Assembly (NCBI GenBank): GCA_965205865.1
Contig: CBDBHR010000026.1
Location: 32,001 to 96,000, forward strand
Direction of reading: 5' to 3'
Length of the DNA: 64,000 bases
Origin: a bacterium
Lineage (GTDB): Bacteria; SAR324; NAC60-12
Shown here: positions 10,273 to 21,011 of the stretch, one piece after another
Numbering within the stretch: the first letter of the stretch is position 1
Layout of the letters: every line of letters starts with the position of its first letter
Made by a program: the position numbers and the translations under genes
Notes under the pieces: generated by a model
Databases searched by the model: none
Seen by the model: the letters and a program-made list of their open reading frames with translations, nothing else
What the model was told of the DNA's origin: nothing

Positions 10273-13200
10273 TTATCCGGAAAAGAGATCGGGTGGCAGA
10301 TCCCGGGTGGAGATCGTCTCCCCGGCTCCCTGGTGGTAGGTCCTGGTGAAGATCGTTTCCGAGAGCCATTTACGGAATGAAGAATTGTCGCTGAACTGCT
10401 TGAAGAGTTCGGTATGGTCGGAAAGCAGGTCGATCACGGCTCGTTCGAGCGCATTGTCGTGTTCGATGCGCGCATTCTGTTTATCGGAGTTTCTCATGGC
10501 ATTCCGATAGGACTGGTCGGCAGCGACCTTCACCGGCAGTTCTTCAACGATTATCTTGCCAATCTTGTCGGTATCCTTCCACTCGATGTTGCCGAACATT
10601 TCATTGAAAGTCTCGAGAATCTTGCTCAGGTGGTCGAGCTCCGAATCCGGCTTCCGGCCACCCTCACTGGTCGGCACCGGATCAATCTCCGCATCCGTAT
10701 CGGGTAGCGCGATTGCCATTGTGGCCTGCACCTCGGCCCGGTAGCTGTCCATGTCGATTGCCTCGAGAATGCCTTTGGAAAGGTCCTGCTCTTCCGGTGC
10801 GGGCAACTTGGGCGTCAGGAAGGTCAAGAAGATGGAACGTTTTTCCCATCCCGCATTTGTATATGGCAGGATCGAGGCGAGGAATCCATAAGTCCGCGTA
10901 AACGCCTTTGCTTTGCCCTTGAAATCGACTTGACCGTCCTCGTCGAGATCGGATTTGTAAATCGCGACACAGACGTCCAGGATCGGGTCGAGTTGATCAC
11001 GGTCAGCCCCTTGCGCGTAAAGCGCGACCAAGGTTTCCACCTGCTCCTGGTTGTAGACCTGATAGCCATCGAGGTCGGTCTGCAGATCGTGCAGCTTGTT
11101 CGGGTCCGTCTCTTCGCTGAGGATTGTGGTCCGATAATAGGGCTCGAACGATTCACTTATGCCCTCCACGTCGTTCATGAAATCCAGCACGAAGCTGTCA
11201 TACTTTTGTGGATGCGCACGATTCAATCGGGAAAGCGTTTGCACCGCTTTGACCCCCGACAGCATTTTGTCCACGTACATCGTGTGCAGGAGGGGTTCGT
11301 CGTAACCGGTCTGGAATTTTTCGGCGACGATCAGGAATCGGTACGGCTCCTCCCTGATCAACTCTGCGATGCGGCTGCCGGGAAACCCGTTCAGGGAGGC
11401 TTCGGTCACCTTCCGGCCGGCATAGTCGTAATCCCCCGAGAATGCCACGATGGCCCGGTAAGCGCTCTTACGCTCCTTTAGATAGTCCTGGAAGGTATGA
11501 AAGTACCGGATCGCCCGCTCAATACCACCAGTCACTACCATGGCCCGCGCCCGACCGCGAATCTTACGGTGCGCAATGACCTGATCATGGAAATGATCGA
11601 TCATGATTTCCGTTTTCTGGCGGATGGCGTGCTCGTGGGACTCGACGTATCGCCGGAGCTTCTTCCTGGCTCGCTTGCTGTCGAACTGCGGATCTTCAGC
11701 CACCGTTTTCATCAGTTGGTAGTAGCTCTCGACGGGCGTATAATGCTGGAGCACGTCCAGGATGAAGCCTTCCTCGATCGCTTGCTTCATCGTGTAACCG
11801 TGAAAGGGGACGTGCCTGACCCGGTCGCCTGCTGACAGGGGACGGCCGAAAATCTCCAGTGTTTTGTTTTTCGGTGTTGCCGTGAAGGCAAAATAGCTGG
11901 CATTCGCCAGCATTTTTCGAGCTTGCATGAGATTGTTGATCCGGTCCTCGAGCGTTTCCTCCTCTTCCTTGCCTGCTCCATCCGATGAGAGCGCCATGTT
12001 CATCTTTGTCGAAGTTTGACCTCCCTGGCTCGAATGGGCTTCATCGATGATGATAGCGAATCTCCGCTGCCGATGCTCGTCGTCGATCTCATCGAGGATG
12101 AAGGGAAACTTCTGCACGGTAGTGATGATGATCTTCTTCCCGTTCTTCAGAAACTGTTTCAGGTCGCCTGAGCGATTGGCATGGCCGACCACCGATGAGA
12201 CCTGGGCGAATTGCTTGATGGTGTCCCGGATCTGTTTATCCAGAACCCGGCGGTCCGTCACCACGATGACCGAATCGAATACCGGCAGACTGGTTTGCTT
12301 CAGTCCGATGAGTTGGTGTGACAACCAGGCAATCGAGTTGCTTTTCCCGGAGCCTGCCGAGTGTTGGATCAGGTAGCGCTCGCCGACGCCTGCAACTTGC
12401 GCGTGGGCCAGCAATTGACGCACGACGTCGAGTTGGTGATAGCGTGGCCAGATTTGCACCCTCTTTTTGTATCCGGTTTTCTCGTCCTTCGTCTCGATAA
12501 TCTGGGCGTAGTTTTGCAGGATGTCACTCAAGCCATCCCGTGTCAGGATGCGTTTCCACAGGTAGTCGCTCTTGAGACCGTTCGGGTTGGGAGGATTGCC
12601 CGTGCCGTTGTTCCAACCCTGATTGAAAGGCAGAAACCACGATGCTTTTCCCTGGAGGTGGGTGCAGAAACGCGCCTCGTGGTCATCCACCGCGAAATGC
12701 GCCACGCAACGACCGAACCCGAAGAGCTTTTCACGCGGGTGGCGATCGCGTTTGTACTGTTGGACGGCATCTTCTACGGTTTGCTTGGTGAGGCTGTTCT
12801 TCAACTCCAAGGTCGCAACCGGCAGACCATTGAGGAAGAGGGCGAGATCAAGCGCCAACTGGGTTTCGTCCAGGCTGTAGCGAAGCTGTCGCGTGACCGA
12901 GAAGCGGTTCAGTTGGTAGAGCGTCCTGGCCTTCTCGTTGCCCTCCGTCGGCGTACCGTAGAAGAGATCGATATGATAAGCGCCGTGCTTGAGACCCTTG
13001 CGCAAGACGTCGATGGTGCCGCGTCTGTTGATTTCTCCTTGCAGTCGCGCCAGGAATTTACGCTGCGCCGGGCCGTCCCGGGCGGGATCAAGCGTTTCGA
13101 AAATCTCGGGTTGCGTCTCCCGTAAAAAGGTAGAGAGCTGAGCCAGATCCACGCAGTACTCGCGGTTGTAGTCGTTCGGGTTGCCCCCGATCCAGCCAGC

Positions 13201-13317
13201 GCCATACATGGCCGCTCGCTCGCTTACCGTACCCTGCTGTGACGGATCACAGGAATGGCCGGTCAGCGCGATGCAGATGAGGTCTTCAAGACCGCGTTCA
13301 GTGGTGTCGGTGGTCAT
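10273..13317 (-). CDS. hsdR: Type I restriction endonuclease subunit R
   Basis: LELKN nuclease motif, QHSAGSGKS, IIDEAH, FTATPK and QTLSRLNR. ATG 13317 overlaps the upstream TGA. Confidence 0.95.
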   Translation of the reverse strand: MTTDTTERGLEDLICIALTGHSCDPSQQGTVSERAAMYGAGWIGGNPNDYNREYCVDLAQLSTFLRETQPEIFETLDPARDGPAQRKFLARLQGEINRRGTIDVLRKGLKHGAYHIDLFYGTPTEGNEKARTLYQLNRFSVTRQLRYSLDETQLALDLALFLNGLPVATLELKNSLTKQTVEDAVQQYKRDRHPREKLFGFGRCVAHFAVDDHEARFCTHLQGKASWFLPFNQGWNNGTGNPPNPNGLKSDYLWKRILTRDGLSDILQNYAQIIETKDEKTGYKKRVQIWPRYHQLDVVRQLLAHAQVAGVGERYLIQHSAGSGKSNSIAWLSHQLIGLKQTSLPVFDSVIVVTDRRVLDKQIRDTIKQFAQVSSVVGHANRSGDLKQFLKNGKKIIITTVQKFPFILDEIDDEHRQRRFAIIIDEAHSSQGGQTSTKMNMALSSDGAGKEEEETLEDRINNLMQARKMLANASYFAFTATPKNKTLEIFGRPLSAGDRVRHVPFHGYTMKQAIEEGFILDVLQHYTPVESYYQLMKTVAEDPQFDSKRARKKLRRYVESHEHAIRQKTEIMIDHFHDQVIAHRKIRGRARAMVVTGGIERAIRYFHTFQDYLKERKSAYRAIVAFSGDYDYAGRKVTEASLNGFPGSRIAELIREEPYRFLIVAEKFQTGYDEPLLHTMYVDKMLSGVKAVQTLSRLNRAHPQKYDSFVLDFMNDVEGISESFEPYYRTTILSEETDPNKLHDLQTDLDGYQVYNQEQVETLVALYAQGADRDQLDPILDVCVAIYKSDLDEDGQVDFKGKAKAFTRTYGFLASILPYTNAGWEKRSIFLTFLTPKLPAPEEQDLSKGILEAIDMDSYRAEVQATMAIALPDTDAEIDPVPTSEGGRKPDSELDHLSKILETFNEMFGNIEWKDTDKIGKIIVEELPVKVAADQSYRNAMRNSDKQNARIEHDNALERAVIDLLSDHTELFKQFSDNSSFRKWLSETIFTRTYHQGAGETISTRDLPPDLFSG

Positions 13318-13836
13318 CAGGGAGGACTCCATTCAAAGCGAACTCCAAAATCGTGAAGCATTTTGAAGGTATTGTCCTATTCAACATTGAACTGCCAGCA
13401 CAAGTTGGGTATTGGCACTCTTCTTTACTTCTGGTTGGAATATTTCCTGAGTCACTACAATTGCGTCGTGAACCATGGCGTAGGCGGCGACCCACCCATC
13501 GGCCACAATGGCAAATTCGTCTTTTGCAGCCTGCAGGAATTGGTCATTGTGCTGGACCCATAACTGCATTTTAGAGAAAGCATCGACGACTTGTTGCTCA
13601 GCAGATGTTAAAAATAATTCTGTTGGCGCCTGACGCACCCAACTGGCTAACTCATCCCCATTCAGTATTTCGTTTCGGACTCGATCAATACTAAGCACTC
13701 GGCCTTGTTGAGAATAGTGTGTCAGGACATCCCAGAAACCCGGACACAGACTCAGAGGATAATAACTGCGATACGCTGCGATGAAAACATTTGTATCTAA
13801 TAAGTATGGTTTAATCAGAGAAATTTGAGACGTCAT
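13317..13836 (-). pseudogene. DUF4411 (PIN-like) protein with a damaged 3' end
   Basis: YLLDTNVFI...CPGFW and ADGWVAAYA motifs. The C-terminus (VPIPNLC...) is out of frame after ~13420 and contains an in-frame TAG. Confidence 0.75.
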
Positions 13837-14990
13837 AGCTCGATTTCCATCTTCTCCGGCATTGCTTCGAAGGTATCGCCGCGTAAGCCGGTGAGTCCGT
13901 ACGCCTCACGGTATTGTAGACGGCCCTCCCTGACCGCACGAACCACTGCAGCGCCAAAGCGAGGACCAATGCGCCATTTCTGAGTGTTCCAGAAATTTCC
14001 GTTACCCGCATTGCAAAGCTTTTGCTTGCTATGCCCTTCATGTCTTCTGATAGAAATCGAAGAAGGCTTGCTTGTCGATCAACTCGAGATCAAGAGCGCG
14101 ACGCGCGGCCACAAGAGAACTCACTTTGAATTGGAGTGCAATAGACTGATAAGGATTACGGGATTTCCTGGCAGTGGACCAGAAAGAGCGTAATTCATTC
14201 TCAGGAACAAGAAATTCTGCCGTAGCTTGATCACAGAACTGCTCCATGTGATGGGCTGGAGGCTGAAGATTCTCGAGACGCGAAACACCGTCCTTTCCAA
14301 CAAAAATGTGTGCCAACTCCTGCGCCAGTGTGAACATCTGGGCCGCTTTGAAATCGGCGGCATTGACAAAGATGAGTGGAGCATATTCATCTACCAGGGC
14401 GAAGCCTTGAAGTTCTTTAGGATTGAGCTTGCGATGCGTATTGTTTCCTACGATGCCATTGAAGACCACTAGTCCGCCAGCGTCTTCGGCATGTTCTCGC
14501 AGTTTCCAGAGCGCGCTGGTCCAACTGGGTTGATTGGAAAGCCCAATCTCTGGTAAGCTGGAGCGTCTCACCCATGGCCACCGCTACTTGCTTTGCGAAA
14601 AGAGTCCGGTCCATAGACCCCGACGAAACCCATTGGTTCAGTTCCATATTCGATGAGTTCATCTCGCATCCACAACTGACGACGCTGCATGAGATACACA
14701 GTCTCCAGCAGGTCGGGACTCGGATGCGGAGGCAGGTCATCGCTCCAGGTTCGAAAGTCGGTTATCGGCAGGCGGTCCTCGGGCGGCTCTGCAAAATACA
14801 AAAAGCCCAGAGGAGTATGGGTGCGCTGGGCCAGTTTGTCTGACTTGGGCAATGGTGATGCGGCCCGAACATTCCCACTCCGATGCGACTTCCGGCTTTA
14901 TCCGCAACTTGTGAGCCAACTCTTCCTGGTCGATTCCGGCGCGCTCAAGCGCCCATCGCAGAACTTCGGCGTTCCGATCGGATTTTCAGG
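13811..14990 (-). pseudogene. HTH + ImmA/IrrE Zn-metallopeptidase, fragmented
   Basis: Fragments in four frames (PLGFLYFAEPP; VFNGIVGNNTHRKL; FTLAQELAH, where HExxH is altered to QELAH). Confidence 0.8.
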
Positions 14991-15040
14991 CGTCGGCCGG
15001 TCATAATACATGTCTTCAAAGGTTAGGAAGGATGACGCTT

Positions 15041-15109
15041 TTATTCCTCGTCTGGTAATTCTACTCTTACATCATGGACGTCGAGCTTGCACGTGACCAG
15101 GTCGGCAAT
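15041..15109 (-). pseudogene. hsdS 3'-end remnant (IADLVTCKLDVH...LPDEE*)
   Basis: Matches the tail of the intact HsdS (IADVVTGQLEVR at ~17840-17872). Confidence 0.7.
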
Positions 15110-15660
15110 GCGTGTGGTATCCGACGTGTTGTGGAATTGATAAACAATGATTTTCCGCAGGATGTTTCGAGTGACACGGGCAGTCGTATCTTCGTCGGCC
15201 AGAGTGAGGAGTTGTGGAGCACGGTGTCCGGCTCCCGTTTCTTGCCAGTCATGAGGAGTAGCGTAATTTTTGTGAGAGAACCGGTAACGTTCATCGGCAA
15301 AAATTAAAGTGAAAGCTGTCTCCCGCAGCATAAACCAACCGGAACGAGTACTGAGTTTCGCCGGTATCGGTATGAATCGTCAGTTCGGCTTCTATCTCAC
15401 GACCTCTTGGCCGGACCATCGTGCAAAAGCATGCTGGCTCCCCCCTGTTGACTCACGTAAAGTTGAAGATTGTCGGTGGGTCCGCCAACATCCAACTCAT
15501 CATACGAAAGAAGGAAACAAAGTTGGACTTACCGGCGCCATTGGGACCGATGAGCACCGGTTAAGGATTTCGATACAGGCTTGAAATCTCCAGTCGGCCC
15601 CGCGCCTTCAATGTTTTAAATCTTGATTGAGGGTTATGCTATCGAGCCCGGGTTTTTCAT
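15110..15660 (-). pseudogene. AAA/ABC-type ATPase 5' fragment
   Basis: VLIGPNGAGKSNF Walker A near 15510-15552 and YQFHNTSD; broken by stops and frameshifts. Confidence 0.65.
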
Positions 15661-15762
15661 AATTGTCCTTCTCGATGACCCGGTTTCAGATAATCTTGCC
15701 TTTGATGAAACAAAGACTGCTGACTTCGGGCGCGTCCTGATCTTCGAAGACGCCGAGTGCAG

Positions 15763-15822
15763 CTCGTCGGGCAGGTTGGCCGCTGTCTCGCGTACGTCGA
15801 GCTTGCCTGTGACTACATCGGC
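15763..15822 (-). pseudogene. hsdS 3'-end remnant (ADVVTGKLDVRETAANLPDE)
   Basis: Matches the HsdS C-terminal consensus and is fused in frame to an unrelated fragment. Confidence 0.75.
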
Positions 15823-16233
15823 GTTGGCCCGCCCGTCAGGGAGCGGCACGTCCAGCAAATCAAAATATTTAGGGTAATCAAGCATGAGCAGAACATCCTC
15901 GTCGTTCACCTGTTCGACGATGACACCGTCTTGTCTGGTGGGCATACTCTCTTTTTTCCTCATTACTTTCAATCTCTTATGTCTCCAGCTACGGTTTCCA
16001 TTTCGAATCCGCCAGGACTTTGACTTCGTGACCGAAAACACCTTCTACCTTCCAGGTATCAACGCCTTGGAACCGTTCCGGAAACTGCTCGCATCATCCT
16101 CGAAATTCTCGAAAAGAAAGGATATCCGACGGCGCGCGGCTCCCTGTAGTTGACCTTGAATTCGTCCATTCGGTTTCATGCGACAACTTGCGCAGTTCAA
16201 ACCGACGAGATATTCGGTGGAACTGGAGTCCAT
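15823..16233 (-). pseudogene. AlbA_2/ATP-binding protein 5' fragments
   Basis: MDSSSTEYLVGL...HETEW and EDVLLMLDYPKYFDLLDVPLPDGR segments in different frames. Confidence 0.5.
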
Positions 16234-16422
16234 GTCGTCACCTCTTCAAGCATACTTTGTTGGAATCACCACTTCATTACTCCATGGTTTATACTTTTTT
16301 CAAAGATAAATCGGTAAAGGCGCATAAAAATAAAAGATATAAAACTATAAAAAACAGTTACTTATAAAGTCGATTATACCTGAATTATGCCAAAATTATG
16401 CTTTTTGCTCCTATTAATATTT

Positions 16423-16827
16423 TCAGGCATAATTCGAAATGGGCGATTTCCCCGGATACCAGCGAGCAGCTTTGGTGTTCCCGATTTTTTGGATCTGTCC
16501 ATTCATTCTCAAATCTTGAAGCAATTTCTGAACCTGGACATATGAAAGGGCTGGCTGGACCTGAACGAGTTCCTTCAACTGACTGCCTTCATTCCGATTG
16601 TCTTTAATGTGTTTCAGTAGCAACTCCTTATTCGTCTCGCGGTCCAACCCACGCTTGCGCGTATAGACCCCCGCCTTGCCAAGGTACCGGTAAAACCGCC
16701 GGGAGAGCAGCAGTCGTACGCCCCGCCCCCGTCCTACGCGCTCGATGATTCCCTGTTCCAGCAGATGATTAGCACTCAATCGGAGGTAGTCCGGAACATC
16801 TTGCTCGCGGTGGACGAGATCGACCAC
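16423..16827 (-). pseudogene. C-terminal winged-HTH fragment of an ATP-binding regulator
   Basis: GIIERVGRGRGVRLLLSRRFY...TRKRGLDRETNKELLL...GNTKAARW; the N-terminal domains are absent. Confidence 0.55.
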
Positions 16828-16892
16828 CAGTTAGTCGTGATGACCATTTTTAACCGTCGAGACATTGAATCTGTCTGTATCGCTATATTGTA

Positions 16893-17615
16893 TCATGATT
16901 GCGGTTCCCGTCTTACACTAAGTTGTCGATTTATATCAGACGTATTCATGAGTACCGAAATATCGCCAATTCTCCCAATATCAAGAGTAATGGGGTTGCA
17001 ACCCATGGTGCCAGTATCTATAGCGAGACGAAACTCTTTTTGGTATTCATACTCCTTGCGCTTAGTGAATATCGATTCAATTTCTGACTTTGCGGGTGGT
17101 GTGCCGACTTCAGCATCATAATATCTCACCAGCCCGCCACAGATTCCATACCCTCTTTTTTCAGCAGCGACTTTAACTCGCTTCAAAAACTCTCGAGTAT
17201 TTGTAATTACAACTGCATGCCTTCCGAGCTTTATGCAATCATCCGGTATTTCAAGTTGCTTTTTGAATGCGTGGACATTATCATCTGATATGCTTTGGAA
17301 GTCACCACTATGACCCGCATACATACAAAACACATTAATGTGATCAAACCATCTTGGGCGCATGATGATCGGAGCGGCAAACTCGTGCCCCGCCATTGTG
17401 ATTCTGCTAGATTCTCCAGTTTCTATATTTGTGGCTGTCAATTCAACTATTAAGCCATCTTTCTGGAGCATGATCGCACCTTCATCTTCATCTCTACGAC
17501 CGTCACGATCCTCGATTCTCTTAAAGTAGGAAAGCTTGTGTGCGTACAGCTTCCCCCTAACAAAATTGTCAGCGTATCTTGCTTCCTGAAAAACTTTCAC
17601 AAGGAAAATTATCAT
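16893..17615 (-). CDS. Hypothetical protein (defence-locus cargo)
   Basis: Intact 240-aa ORF with lower GC than the hsd genes; C-terminal KRKEYEYQKEFR motif. Confidence 0.75.
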   Translation of the reverse strand: MIIFLVKVFQEARYADNFVRGKLYAHKLSYFKRIEDRDGRRDEDEGAIMLQKDGLIVELTATNIETGESSRITMAGHEFAAPIIMRPRWFDHINVFCMYAGHSGDFQSISDDNVHAFKKQLEIPDDCIKLGRHAVVITNTREFLKRVKVAAEKRGYGICGGLVRYYDAEVGTPPAKSEIESIFTKRKEYEYQKEFRLAIDTGTMGCNPITLDIGRIGDISVLMNTSDINRQLSVRREPQS

Positions 17616-17749
17616 ACTTCTACTTCTTTTCTATTCGCTCGCAGATTCCTATGCATCGTTTTTCAGTAACCTTTTTTCAATTTGTTTGATCGAAAGTGTG
17701 GCGAGCACCACTCGCTCATCACACCGGTGACTGGCCAACGCATTCCATA

Positions 17750-19006
17750 TCATACGATCGATACGCCGTGCTCAAGCAGGTCATCTGGATTGTCTTCCAC
17801 AACGAGCGAATCGACTTCGGACATCGTTGCTACTTGGCGCACTTCCAGTTGGCCCGTGACCACGTCGGCAATCAAACGGGTGCGATATTCGCCCAGCAAC
17901 TCGATCTGGCGGCGGGCACAGTCGATGGCAGTATCAATGTCGGTAGTTATTTTGTCAAGATACTCTGCAATGGCCGCCTGCTCAGGGAAGGGAGGGACGG
18001 GGGCTAATCTTTGATGAGTATCTTCACGCCCTAGCCCGGGTATAGTTGAATCTTTTGTTACATCATCAAGCCTGAGCCAACCCAAGAGATAGAATAGCCA
18101 TCGCAAGTTATTTCTCGAATATCGCTCATCGACAAAGTATGTGGTGTCGATTGCGAATAAAGGTTCTTCAACAAAATTTACCTTGCCAAATGAACCCTTG
18201 CGGCCAATTACGATACACGGCGACATCGTGTTCGCAGAAGAATGGTTGCCAACAAGTCCATTTGAACCATAAACAGGCACATCGCCATCTGCTCGCATAT
18301 CAGCCGTGAGCGAGTCACCATAAGCAAAGTAGCAAATTGACTTCAGCCGTCGCACTTCCCAATGCGCCGGCACATCACCGAGCCACTCGACGCCGGAGGG
18401 ATTGAGGCGGACGTTGGGGTTGAGACCCCGGGTGACGGAACGGTGAATGAGGACCTGCTTCTGCTCCTCCAGCAGCTTGACCAGCTTCTGCCGGGCACTG
18501 ATGTACCGGCGAATACGCCCGTCAACAAAATCCAAGTAACGAACGATAGCCGCCTGCTCGGGGAGGGGAGGGACAGGGGCTAATCTTTGATGAGTTTCTT
18601 CACGCCCAAGCCCAGGTATAGCTGAATCTTTTGTTACATCATCAAGCCTGAGCCAATCCAAGAGATAGAATAGCCATCGCAAATTATTTCTAGAATATCG
18701 CTCATCGACAAAGTATGTGGTGTCGATTGCGAATAAAGGTTCTTCAACATAATTTACTTTGCCAAATGAACCCTTGCGACCAATTACGATGCACGGCGAC
18801 ATCGTGTTCGCAGAGGAATGGTTGCCAACAAGTCCATTTGAACCATAAACAGGCACATCGCCATCTGCTCGCATGTCAGCCGTGAGCGAGTCTCCATAAG
18901 CAAAGTAGCAAATTGACTTCAGCCGTCGCATCTCCCAATGCACAGGTACATCGCCTAGGATCGATACACCGGAGGGTTTGTAGGAGGGGTAAGTCTTCAA
19001 TTCCAT
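17750..19006 (-). CDS. hsdS: Type I R-M specificity subunit with two near-identical TRDs
   Basis: YKPSGV...GDVPxHWE, PP(L/F)PEQAAI twice, LIHRSVTRGLNP spacer and RTRLIADVVTG. Confidence 0.93.
   Translation of the reverse strand: MELKTYPSYKPSGVSILGDVPVHWEMRRLKSICYFAYGDSLTADMRADGDVPVYGSNGLVGNHSSANTMSPCIVIGRKGSFGKVNYVEEPLFAIDTTYFVDERYSRNNLRWLFYLLDWLRLDDVTKDSAIPGLGREETHQRLAPVPPLPEQAAIVRYLDFVDGRIRRYISARQKLVKLLEEQKQVLIHRSVTRGLNPNVRLNPSGVEWLGDVPAHWEVRRLKSICYFAYGDSLTADMRADGDVPVYGSNGLVGNHSSANTMSPCIVIGRKGSFGKVNFVEEPLFAIDTTYFVDERYSRNNLRWLFYLLGWLRLDDVTKDSTIPGLGREDTHQRLAPVPPFPEQAAIAEYLDKITTDIDTAIDCARRQIELLGEYRTRLIADVVTGQLEVRQVATMSEVDSLVVEDNPDDLLEHGVSIV
17973..18940. repeat. About 390-bp direct repeat (TRD duplication), offset 576 nt
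   Basis: 17973-18364 and 18549-18940 are nearly identical at the nucleotide level. Confidence 0.95.
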
Positions 19007-19078
19007 AGGCTACTTTTTAGCCCTTTTCAAGTAAGGATGGATGCTGAAGCCAACCTCCGATATATATGGTACTTAACA

Positions 19079-20488
19079 TCAAGATGTGCTTTCAACTTGA
19101 TCAATTTTATCAGGTCCAACCATTACTATGGGTCTTCCGTTAAGCAATGTGACGAATCCACTTTTAAAAATCTCATTGCCGAGATGAATTCCTTCAAGCT
19201 TCCCTTTTTCTTCATTTGTTAGAAAGAGGCATTCCACTTCAGAAAAAAAAGTCATATCTTTCAGAATCAAGGAATTCTGCGACAAACCAAACGCTGTTAC
19301 GGATGTCTTGATATTATAAACAGACCCTTTTAGGTTCCGATTTTCAAACGTGTATGACGGAACTCTGGATGGTTTACTCTGTTCTCCGATGTGCTGAGGA
19401 TTAATCAGGACGTACGGCTCACATTCGTTAATTGTCCCCCCTAAAACGACTCTTTCTCCCTCAAGTCCATAATAGCTTTCCACGTAATGCATATAAAATT
19501 CTGTGGTTATATCGTGCTCGTGTTGGTCAGAGTTAATAACAACCTTTACTCTACTGTGAGGATCATAGCTTTTAGGTATACATACTCGGCGAACTTCCCC
19601 TTCAATAATAGCCGTCGGGTTTCTAGCAGGATTAGTAGTACTGCTCTTTGCACCCTCTGAGTCCGTAATAATTTGGGTTGTAATTTTAAGCTTATACGGA
19701 GAATTCTGGCGAAACGAAGTGAAGGAAAAATCCAAAAGTAAGCGGGAAGCATCTAACAGAGCACCTATATTAATGGAGAGGGCGTCTTTCATCTCAGGGA
19801 TGTATCGCCACTTCTCGTAAGAATCTTTATAGGAATTCAGTAATTCTGTTAACGTTCCGTTAAAACGGCGTTCCGACTTCGACAGAGACGCCCACCGCTG
19901 TTCCAATTTTTGCCTATGTTTTTTCTCCAAGAGTTCGAATAAGACAATTGGATCATGAGTTTGCCAATGCGGACGTTTCACATTCGGGTTTTTTATGAGT
20001 TTGCCAAAAACTTCTAGTACAGCCTTCAAAGACAATTCCAGTGTGAATAGAGCGTGTTGTGTATAAGTCAGGGCCAATCCTATCCCAGCATCAGTAAACC
20101 AAAAATGGGGCTCTTTGTTCTTGAAATCAAACAACTTTCCAAGGTTGAAACCTGATATAGGTGCCAATCTTAGAGCTTCATAATACTTCTGCGCCGTGTC
20201 GTAAAAAGTAGTAATACCTGGTGTCTCAAAAATGACCGATTTTGGGTCCAAACCCAGACTCTTCACAAGTTTCATTTCCTGTTTCTTAAAATCTCTCTGA
20301 TTCCCTTCGTCATCCACAGCAACGATTGCATGAATGTACTTCCCGGAGATTGGGTTAATTGGGATATTTCCGTTATTACACTTCTTAATTTCATCAAAGC
20401 ATGTGGCTGCTTCCTTTAACTTACAATGTACGCCATGGTTAGGGATAGCAGCACATCTATAGAATGGACTAAATACCTCGTATGGCAT
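19079..20488 (-). CDS. Hypothetical protein with a HEPN-like central domain and a beta-rich (OB-like?) C-terminus
   Basis: Intact AT-rich 469-aa ORF; LELSLKA...THD...LF...WRY pattern resembles HEPN. Confidence 0.6.
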   Translation of the reverse strand: MPYEVFSPFYRCAAIPNHGVHCKLKEAATCFDEIKKCNNGNIPINPISGKYIHAIVAVDDEGNQRDFKKQEMKLVKSLGLDPKSVIFETPGITTFYDTAQKYYEALRLAPISGFNLGKLFDFKNKEPHFWFTDAGIGLALTYTQHALFTLELSLKAVLEVFGKLIKNPNVKRPHWQTHDPIVLFELLEKKHRQKLEQRWASLSKSERRFNGTLTELLNSYKDSYEKWRYIPEMKDALSINIGALLDASRLLLDFSFTSFRQNSPYKLKITTQIITDSEGAKSSTTNPARNPTAIIEGEVRRVCIPKSYDPHSRVKVVINSDQHEHDITTEFYMHYVESYYGLEGERVVLGGTINECEPYVLINPQHIGEQSKPSRVPSYTFENRNLKGSVYNIKTSVTAFGLSQNSLILKDMTFFSEVECLFLTNEEKGKLEGIHLGNEIFKSGFVTLLNGRPIVMVGPDKIDQVESTS

Positions 20489-20912
20489 TTTCTCATACCT
20501 ATTTTGTATTTTGGTTTACCAGTAATAATCTCAATCAGTAACTATAATGGTTCGTTAGATTTTACTTTTTGATGTCATCTTGACCGCAAGGAAAGATCTA
20601 TAAGATTCCTCACATTCACCCAGAATGACACATTTGTGAATGGGATACAATCTATCGAGCTATCTCAGGTATGGCTGAATGTATATCAAAACCAACGACA
20701 ACTACTGTGTTTTTCATCAGAGATGAGAGATTGTCCGTTGTCGCGGTACCTTGAGAAACAGCCGGTGCCAGCCCCGTATTCTGCGAGATATCTTTTATAT
20801 TTCTTTGGTTTCTATTCGTTATTTGCATCGCTGTGTCTCTATGCTTAGAATTGACGCTGATCATGAACGGCATCACCGACGACTCCCGGTTGAATTTCGA
20901 CTTTCTGACGAC

Positions 20913-21011
20913 TCAATGGTTCGATATTATCTCCCAATGCGCCGACACGTCGTGGAGGCGCTCGACGATGGAGGACTGGTAGGCGGGACAGGGAGCAACA
21001 AATTGAATCAT
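20913..21011 (-). pseudogene. hsdS 5'-end remnant
   Basis: MIQFVAPCPAYQSSIVERLHDVSAHWEI resembles HsdS YPSYKPSGV..LGDVPxHWE. Its ATG overlaps the upstream TGA (ATGA). Confidence 0.65.

Noticed and set aside
17750-21011. Invertible hsdS shufflon
   Set aside because: All hsdS pieces are in direct orientation, the remnants lack intact TRDs, and no invertase is present.
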